This document shows, one piece after another, positions 56,753-64,000 of a stretch of 64,000 nt of DNA. The DNA is taken from assembly GCA_000004985.1 (NCBI GenBank), contig GG738854.1; one strand, given 5' to 3'. The position numbers and the translations under genes were made by a program. This DNA comes from Naegleria gruberi. Taxonomy: Eukaryota. The notes beneath the pieces are model-generated. The model did no database searches. It saw nothing but the letters and a program-made list of their open reading frames with translations, and was not told the DNA's origin. Each line of letters opens with the position of its first letter. Position 1 is the first letter of the stretch.

Positions 56753-56915
56753 AGGTAAAGTTGGAATGTTGGTGGTTATTTTTTTTAATTAAAAGATATG
56801 AAGAGTGGAACATGACGACTTCCAATGGTTCAAAGATCATCTGGGTGGATATTATTGTATGATGTTTATTGTAAAGTATTAATTGGTTAATAGTGATAAT
56901 TCCAAATAGAAAAAA

Positions 56916-57971
56916 ATGCTCTCATCACTTGCTGGCTACGGTTCCGATTCCGATGATGAAGTTATTGTACCATCGTCGAAACAAAATGTAGCAACGAGAA
57001 ATACTACACCTTCAACTACTGCTACTAATGCAAACGTACAAAAAGTTACAAAAGTTAATGCTGATGAGGAATTGATGATTGAATCGGTTGGACCTGTTGG
57101 AGTTTCAAATATGAATTATAAACAAGTTTCCTCTGCACCTAGTGTAGCCTCTTCATCAACAGTGATTAATAGTAATGTAATAACACGATCGGAAAAGAAG
57201 GAGAAACCATTGGAACAAAAGAAGAAGAAGCAAAAAACTAATAGTTACAAAAAGAACTTGTTGAAACAAATTTCTGAACACTCTCTGTTCAATGATGATT
57301 CAAAGAAAAAAGGAAAGGATCAAACAATTGAACAAGAAAGATTTTTAGATGATGAGGATGATAATGATGATTACAATTATAACTTTATTGAAACAAAACC
57401 AAGTGAACCTGAGGAAGAGGATGAGGAGGAAAAACCAAAGTTGTACATACCAAGAAATAACGACGTTGAAATTCAAAATGATGATAATGAGGATGATTTT
57501 GAATTTAATCCATACTACAATGAAGAGGACGACGAAGTTTACAAAAATTTGGAGAATATTACACCAGAAGACAATGAGGAACCAATAACTGCCAACAGGG
57601 GAATTCCACAAGATGTTTTAGAAGAAATGAAACGACAAGGAATAGATGTTGATTCTGGAAATTTTGAAATATTGGATGTTAGTCAAAATGGATCTAGTAA
57701 ATTAATCAATGTCGAAGCTGAAAGAAGAAAGGCCCTCATTGAAAAGCATAAACGTGACGTCTTCCTTACAAAGGATGAGAGTGATGCTTTGAAACAATTC
57801 AATTTCACAACAGAAGGAGCTGGTGATAAAAATCGTGTCAAGGTGGCTAGAACCAAAAATCAAATTTCCTACCTAGCCCAACAATCTCGAGGACGTGAAT
57901 TGGAAATGGCAGAAAGATTAGAAAAATCCAGGCAAAGTAGCTCAACAGCAAAGAGAAAGTACGGATGGTAG
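56916..57971 (+). CDS. hypothetical acidic/Lys-rich (nucleolar-type) protein
   Basis: 351-aa ORF with D/E runs and K-rich stretches. C-terminus ends ...KRKYGW. No confident family. Confidence 0.35.
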   Translation: MLSSLAGYGSDSDDEVIVPSSKQNVATRNTTPSTTATNANVQKVTKVNADEELMIESVGPVGVSNMNYKQVSSAPSVASSSTVINSNVITRSEKKEKPLEQKKKKQKTNSYKKNLLKQISEHSLFNDDSKKKGKDQTIEQERFLDDEDDNDDYNYNFIETKPSEPEEEDEEEKPKLYIPRNNDVEIQNDDNEDDFEFNPYYNEEDDEVYKNLENITPEDNEEPITANRGIPQDVLEEMKRQGIDVDSGNFEILDVSQNGSSKLINVEAERRKALIEKHKRDVFLTKDESDALKQFNFTTEGAGDKNRVKVARTKNQISYLAQQSRGRELEMAERLEKSRQSSSTAKRKYGW

Positions 57972-57980
57972 AATATAACT

Positions 57981-58841
57981 TTATTGAGATTTGATAGACT
58001 CCTTCTTTTTCTGAGTATCAACTTGCAAGAATATAGAAATAATTGTTATTATAGTATAAATGGTGAAAATTACTGGAGTTTGGTCTGGAGGAGAAACAGA
58101 CCCATCAATTACAGAATCAGCCTTCTTTGCTAAATCATCTCCGAAATAAACAATATAAGTGATAGCACCACTCAATGCCAAATAAACCAATGCAACAATC
58201 CAAAATCTAAATCTAGGTCCTCCAAATCTGAAATGTGCAACTGTTAGAGCCATAAATCCAATAATTACAGAGCTCATTTCCAACCAGTAATTTTCCCATA
58301 AAGTCCAATTTTGCCAAGTTCCATATCCAATCTTTAATGTTGTCAATGGTGGTAGAATGGACATGTCAGGTCTATGTACAAGCACATCCAAAGCCCAATG
58401 AGAAGCAACGCCCAACAATAAGATAAAATAAAGAGAAAGGAGTGATCTCTTTCCTCTTCCATGAATAAGGGTATATAAAATTGTAAAAGGAATTGTCAAA
58501 GTAAATGCTCCAGTCAAACTATGTGAAAAAGTAGCATGTGAATTGAATGGCAATGGTTTGCGACTTCTCATCAATTCAACATTGAATGTACAATACTCAG
58601 AACAAACAATAGGATATGGACAAGAATCAACATTCAAATTACAAACTAATTTACAAGAATAAGACAATACAAAATAAGCAATATCAATTACTTGTGTGCT
58701 AATCATCAACCACACGAAGGAAATATCGTTAAACAACAAGTGTATGATACCGGCTGGCCCGTAGTGTCCTAATAACATTTTTTTGAAGGTGGGATTCCGA
58801 ACATGATATTTTTGGAACATCCACATTAACACTGACGTCAT
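57981..58841 (-). CDS. polytopic membrane protein, possibly metal-dependent hydrolase-like (HxxxD...H)
   Basis: 286 aa with about 6 hydrophobic helices. HWALDVLVHRPD motif. Confidence 0.3.
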   Translation of the reverse strand: MTSVLMWMFQKYHVRNPTFKKMLLGHYGPAGIIHLLFNDISFVWLMISTQVIDIAYFVLSYSCKLVCNLNVDSCPYPIVCSEYCTFNVELMRSRKPLPFNSHATFSHSLTGAFTLTIPFTILYTLIHGRGKRSLLSLYFILLLGVASHWALDVLVHRPDMSILPPLTTLKIGYGTWQNWTLWENYWLEMSSVIIGFMALTVAHFRFGGPRFRFWIVALVYLALSGAITYIVYFGDDLAKKADSVIDGSVSPPDQTPVIFTIYTIITIISIFLQVDTQKKKESIKSQ

Positions 58842-59086
58842 TTGTTTTTGACTTTTTAAGACAGATAATATTCTACTATTCGATTTACATCATTTAATAA
58901 ATAATTCTATAGATCAATTTACAAATGTTCATCTTCCAGTGTTTTATCAATGTTATCAGAAAATAGTTACAATGCTGCAAATTCAGATCCATCTGTTCCT
59001 CAAAACTGGTTGGCTCATTGTCTTTTTCATCTTGTGGGTTTAAACAATAGAAACATTTAATTTGATATGGATAGCAACAAAATGTA

Positions 59087-59690
59087 TTGAAATATTGGGG
59101 TTTGAACAACACCAATAAATTTGTTATCACAACTTTGGAATTCAAGCCAACATTGAAAAAAAATAGGAGCATGAGCATCAACAGTAACGATAGAGGTATT
59201 TTAAAGAAGAGCAAACTTCAGGAAATTGTACAACAAATTGATCCTCGTCATTCCCTTGATCAAGAAGTGGAAGAGGTGGGTTTTTTCATATGATGATGAT
59301 GATGAGAATGTTTATATCAATATTTAAATTTAATTAATTAATTTGTGTGATAATTTTATTGTTGTGGATATCGGAACAAAGATTTTGTTGGAAATTGCTG
59401 ATGACTTTATTGAATCAGTCACTACAATGGCTTGTAATTTAGCCAAACATCGTGGTTCGGATACATTGGAAGTTAAAGATCTTCAACTCTACTTGGAAAA
59501 TACGTGGGATGTTAAAATTCCAGGCTTTACACCAAGCTCCTCTGTAGTTTCCTCATCAACAGAAGAAGCACCTAGAATTCAAAAACGACCAGCCGTACCA
59601 GAAGTACACAAACAAAGATTGGCCTTTGTCAAGAAGGCTCACGATCAAATTCAAAAGCAAAAACAAAAACAACAAGAAAAGAAGCAATAA
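59087..59690 (+). CDS. TAF12: TFIID subunit TAF12 (histone-fold), 2 exons (to 59275; 59382-59690)
   Basis: Exon 2 encodes [49 protein letters not shown]. This is near-collinear with the TAF12 histone fold ([48 protein letters not shown]). Exon 1 ends ...KLQEIVQQIDPRHSLDQEVEE at a GTGGGT donor (59276). 106-nt intron. Confidence 0.7.
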
Positions 59691-59964
59691 TATGTAAATA
59701 TACCACCACCATAGCAACAACACCACTAGGAAAAATTTAAATAATAATTTATATAGAATCATTCAACCCTCTCCTCCATACTCTGTCATCCAATATTAAT
59801 TGTGAAGAATCTAATACAATCCATCCTTCAAAATTATTCTTCGTTGCCATCTTCATGTTCCAAAACAATAATACGACAAGATTCAAACAAAAAAATATTA
59901 TTGCCTTGAAAGCAGAGAATTCTTGTCGTTTTTGAAAGCAAAGCTATTGTAAATTATATTCTAG

Positions 59965-61734
59965 ATGATCAAGAAGGTTGTATCGTTAAATAAAACAACA
60001 CACCAAATCAACAAAATTGTTGGCAATGCTGTTGCGAGAGGATTTCATGTAAGTCAATTCCGAAGAGAGGAGGAACATGTTGCTTCTAATACTTCATCGA
60101 ATGCAGGTGAAGCAAAGAGAGTACCAAGAAAGAAGAGATTTGCAACTCTTGCTGTTGAAGAGGAGATTAATTCTAGCACTTCAACATCCACTAGTACACC
60201 ATCAGTTCAACGAGAAGCTCAAAGATTTGAAGCATTCAGATATTCAATTCCTTGGAAAGATGCTGAATATTACAATGAAGAAAAACTCGAAAATGAAATG
60301 AGAAGAATTTTTGAAATTTGTCATGGATGTAGAAGATGTTTCAATTTGTGTGAATCATTCCCTTCACTTTTTGATATGATTGACAAGGTTGAAGTTTTGG
60401 AACAGGTACCTTCTAGTGAATTCAAAAAAATATCAGACAAGTGTACAATGTGTGATTTGTGTTACAATACCAAATGTCCTTATGTACCTCCACATGAATT
60501 TAATATCGATTTCCCTCATTTAATGTTGAGATATAGAGCTGTAGAACAAAAGAAGAAAAATGAAAGTCACACTACTCAAAATCCTCCTATTCAACTTCGT
60601 GAAACAACAGGATTCTTGACAAAGGATTCACCAAACAAGGAGTTTGAAGCTCCAGTTCATGAAGGTGTTGATAGAAAATTAACTTTGGAAAAGGAAAGTG
60701 AACTCTCTCAACAACTTCTTACAAAGATGGACAGAAATGGCTTCCTTCTTACTAGACTTCCTCAATCTATTAGCTACTTCTTGATGAACAATTCAATTAT
60801 TAGAACAATTTTGGACAAGCTTAATCTAGTTCACAAGAAGGCATATCTTCCACCATTTACCTTTGGAACACTTATGGGAAAGTTGAATTCCACAACACCA
60901 AAGAATCAATCATCCAATACTAATCAAGAAAAAGTAATCATTTATACAACATGTCTTGGAAATTACAACAAACCAGAGTTGGTTGAGTATTCTAAATATA
61001 TTTTGGAGAAAAATGGAGTTGAAGTTGCTATTGATTACAATATGTGTTGTGGAATGCCTTACTTTGAACAGGGTGACTTGGCTGCTGTGAGCAAATCCGC
61101 TGAAAAAGTTTCCGATTTCCTTGTAAATAAGTATATTAGTAAGGGATTTAAGGTTGTCACAGTTGTTCCAAGCTGTTCTCTCATGTTGAAATCTGAATGG
61201 GCCAATGTTCTTCCAGAAAATGAAAATGTCCAGAGCGTTAAAAGAAATACTATGGATATTACAGAATATTTGGTTTATTTGGCAAAGAAGAATGGTGGTA
61301 AATTACCAACGCACGACCAAATCAAGGAAATTCCATACAGTATTACTTTGCATCATGCTTGTCACGCAAGAGCTCAAAATATGGGTAATAAGGGTTTAGA
61401 TGTTTTAAAGTTTATTCCTAATGCCAAAGTTAGTGTTATTCAAAGATGCAGTGGTCATGGAGGCAGTTTTGGTACAAAGAAAGCACACTTTGATACAGCT
61501 GTAAAATTCGGTATGCCAGTTGCTAAGAAGATTTTACAAGATGCAAGCAAATCCAAAACAACTCACGTAATGAGCTCTGAATGCCCACTCGCTCAAGAAC
61601 ATTTGGCTCAAGTAACTGAAATGTCAAAGGAGGAAAAACAAGGAACTGTTTCCACTATTTCATCAAATGGAAATGATCACAACATTCAAAGCAAGCACCC
61701 AATTGAGATTTTATATGAAGCTTATCAAAAATAA
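59965..61734 (+). CDS. Fe-S oxidoreductase with 2x[4Fe-4S] ferredoxin motifs and two CCG (cysteine-rich) domains (GlcF/GlpC/HdrD-like), with N-terminal targeting-like extension
   Basis: CHGCRRCFNLCESFP and CTMCDLCYNTKCPYVP (CxxCxxCxxxCP x2). CCG-domain motifs (TTCLGNYNKP...CCGMPY; HHACHARAQ...RCSGHGG). Basic N-terminus. Confidence 0.65.
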   Translation: MIKKVVSLNKTTHQINKIVGNAVARGFHVSQFRREEEHVASNTSSNAGEAKRVPRKKRFATLAVEEEINSSTSTSTSTPSVQREAQRFEAFRYSIPWKDAEYYNEEKLENEMRRIFEICHGCRRCFNLCESFPSLFDMIDKVEVLEQVPSSEFKKISDKCTMCDLCYNTKCPYVPPHEFNIDFPHLMLRYRAVEQKKKNESHTTQNPPIQLRETTGFLTKDSPNKEFEAPVHEGVDRKLTLEKESELSQQLLTKMDRNGFLLTRLPQSISYFLMNNSIIRTILDKLNLVHKKAYLPPFTFGTLMGKLNSTTPKNQSSNTNQEKVIIYTTCLGNYNKPELVEYSKYILEKNGVEVAIDYNMCCGMPYFEQGDLAAVSKSAEKVSDFLVNKYISKGFKVVTVVPSCSLMLKSEWANVLPENENVQSVKRNTMDITEYLVYLAKKNGGKLPTHDQIKEIPYSITLHHACHARAQNMGNKGLDVLKFIPNAKVSVIQRCSGHGGSFGTKKAHFDTAVKFGMPVAKKILQDASKSKTTHVMSSECPLAQEHLAQVTEMSKEEKQGTVSTISSNGNDHNIQSKHPIEILYEAYQK

Positions 61735-61739
61735 ATAAT

Positions 61740-64000
61740 TTATTGGTATTCGATTCTTTGTCTGAATTCTTTGATACTTTCAAATATTTCTTCGAAAGAT
61801 GGTCTCTCAGTGTCAAGAGCAGACCAGCATACCTTCATTAAACTGATATAATCAACAACTACAGAGGCAATATATGTTTTTGGATGTTTGGTCAGGATGG
61901 TATCAGTAAATTTCTCGAATGCTTTTGGATCTTCGGTATTGAAAGGTACTACTGGTCTTAAACCATTAATAACCTTTAAGGCAATGGTAAATAAGTTAAA
62001 ATCTTGATTCTCATATGGTTTACACTCAAAAAGAAGTTCATACATCATTATTGCAAATGAAAACACATCACATTTTTCAGTATATCTTTCTTCTTGAAGA
62101 CATTCTGGGGCAATAAATTCCATTGTACCACAGTGCCCAGTCATTGTTGCTTGAACGTCAGCAACTCTTGAAATACCAAAATCTCCAATCTTGGCAGTTC
62201 CCCCTCTGTTAATCAAGACGTTTTGAGGTTTGAGATCACGGTGAAGGCTAATCGATTTGTGAGTTAAAAAGAGATTGAAATTACTTACATTCCCTTATAA
62301 TGTAAATACATCATTCCTCTACAAATGTCCAACAAAATGTCCAATTTTTGCTCTATAAGGAACTTTCCTTTAAGCTTTTTAGTGTAATGATCTAGTGATC
62401 CATTTTCCATAAATTCAGTAATGATGAATTGATGTTTAAGATCTCCACTAGTACTAATACAAACTCCTATAAATGACAATACATTTGGATGTCTTAAAGA
62501 TTTAAGTAAAAATACTTCTTTTTGGAATAACTCTTGGTCTTCGGTGTACCCATCTGATAATTTCATTTTCTTGATGGCAACCTCTGTTCCCTTAAACCTT
62601 CCCTTGAAAACAATAGCAAATCCACCTTCAGATAATCTTTCTGTGAATTCCAAATCTTCAATTTTAATCATAAAGCTGTCATCATAGTCTACAGAATTTG
62701 AAATATTAAATTCACTCTTGAGAAGGGTATCTTCAAATTGCTTTTCAGCATTTTGTTTCTTGTAGAGTGCCTTTCTAGTTTTGAAAAATACAAATGTCAA
62801 AGTAAATGAGAGAATCAACAATCCCAAACCAGTTCCAAATAATGTCCATCTGAAAACGTCTTGAAATATTTCTGGATAGACAAGGTAGATAAATGTATAT
62901 GAAGAGGTAATATCTGCAACCACGAGATTGTCTCCTACTTTAGAGATTTTATAGTTGGAATTACTTGTGTCTCCTCTCTTTACTTGAACAGAGGTTTCAA
63001 CATATAAATGTTTTGCCCAGCCTCCAACTACAAGCTTACTCAGCTCACCACTACTTGAAATTGTGTAGAATACATTATTACTAGTATTTTCTGCATAAAG
63101 ACTCACATAATAGTTGTCATTAGTATAGTAATTATCAGAATCTGTTTGTGCAGAACAATTATTTTCACTTCAAAAGTTAGAATATTAATAATCTCATATA
63201 CTTACTGGGCCTTAAGAAGAACTAAAGTATTTCTATCTAATATTATCAATTTACAACCACAAGCAATTACCAAGTAATTGTGCAACCAAATGTGTCTAGT
63301 CAAATCAAAGTCACAACCTAAGAAATCATTTTTCGTATCATGGAAAGTGCTTACAACTTTGAAATCATTTTGAAAATCTCTTCCAACAAGCCTAGTACCA
63401 TTGTCATCTATTTCTAATGCAAGAAGAGTGTTATACAAAATATCTACTCCAAACATTGTACTGCTTCTACTCGAGTGTTCACCAAAGTCAAATTGGTTTC
63501 CTTCTTTCCAAGTTATTGCTTGATCTTGTACTGTTATAAATAACATTTTCACTTTTTGTAAATCTGAATTATCATTACAAACAGCTGTGACAATAAACAC
63601 ATCCTTGGTTGAGTCATATTTCATTGAATATGGAATAAAACAAGAATCTGATTCTTCATATTTTTGTGAGGCAACCAGTTTCAAAAAAGTAGAGTCAAAC
63701 TTGTAAAAGGTAAAGTTATCATCCAAAATATAATAATAATCTAATGAAATATGATAACCAATTATAGTTCTAGAACGTTGAGGAACATATAGATCATAAA
63801 CTCTCTTAAAAGTGCCATCAACAATCTGAAGAAGTGAAATGGTCTTTTGTCCAATGGCAAACAATGAATGCTTGTCATGTCCATGGTGTAATTCGCTGAC
63901 CATAAAAAGGTCATCTACTTGATATGATGTAGTAAATGGAGAGTCTTCTAAAAAAAGGTTGGTATCTCTCGATTTGGTTCTGGTGTGAACAATGCTATTC
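61740..64000 (-). CDS. receptor-type protein kinase (TKL/Tyr-kinase-like) with extracellular domain and single TM; partial (5' end beyond window)
   Basis: Kinase exons 62289-~63171 and 61740-62247 (41-nt intron, GTAAGT). GxGxxG-like EGGFAIVFKG, VAIKK, HRDLKPQNVLIN, KIGDFG, APE, CW. TM GLGLLILSFTLTFVFF. Ectodomain exon(s) 63202->63903 continue upstream. Confidence 0.7.

Noticed and set aside
62217-62284. ORF-track boundary 62285 as exon start of the kinase domain
   Set aside because: Splice analysis puts the 41-nt intron at 62248-62288 (GTAAGT...TAG), giving the conserved ...HYKGI-LHRDLKPQN junction. The track's M at 62285 is inside the intron.
1-64000. CRISPR arrays, prokaryotic operons, defence islands
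   Set aside because: Spliceosomal introns throughout, eukaryotic gene families (ubiquitin, calpain, TAF12, SLC25, Ras) and no regularly spaced direct repeats. This is eukaryotic nuclear DNA.

Overview
The window is AT-rich eukaryotic nuclear DNA, gene-dense on both strands. Genes carry many short spliceosomal introns of about 37-105 nt, with GTAAGT/GTATGT/GTAGGT donors and YAG acceptors, and some 9-14 nt exons. There are no prokaryotic operons and no CRISPR arrays. The protein complement fits a free-living, possibly facultatively anaerobic protist; a heterolobosean/amoeboid lineage such as Naegleria is my guess only. Supporting content: a DUF4116 repeat protein, receptor-type cyclase-like and RGS/7TM signalling genes, calpain, cytochrome P450, a formate/nitrite transporter (FNT), a CCG-domain Fe-S oxidoreductase, and two Cys/Met-type PLP enzymes including a clear cystathionine gamma-lyase. 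A 50-N scaffold gap at 15443-15492 marks this as a draft assembly.

Signals I can support directly from sequence:
1. A 712-bp non-autonomous DNA transposon (MITE) at 4702-5413. It has perfect 60-bp terminal inverted repeats and an 8-bp target-site duplication (ATATCCAA), and it sits inside the coding sequence of a dCache/TM/cyclase-homology receptor gene.
2. Two dispersed 120-nt 5S rRNA genes on the minus strand, 15055-15174 and 16734-16853, flanking an ADF/cofilin gene.
3. A divergently arranged pair of unusual receptors: a single-pass transmembrane protein with an intracellular RGS domain, and an orphan 7TM protein with a Cys-rich ectodomain.
4. A diverged tandem di-ubiquitin gene.
5. A small secreted protein carrying a Frizzled-type cysteine-rich domain (CRD).

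Other genes: Obg-like ATPase (OLA1/YchF-like), ABCB half-transporter, mitochondrial carrier with a 9-nt micro-exon, Ras-like GTPase, TAF12, dual-specificity phosphatase, a PhyH-like dioxygenase, a DEDDy 3'-5' exonuclease, an RCC1-repeat protein, F-box proteins, an LRR protein and several protein kinases. All exon boundaries were inferred by eye from frames and splice consensus and need RNA-seq confirmation.
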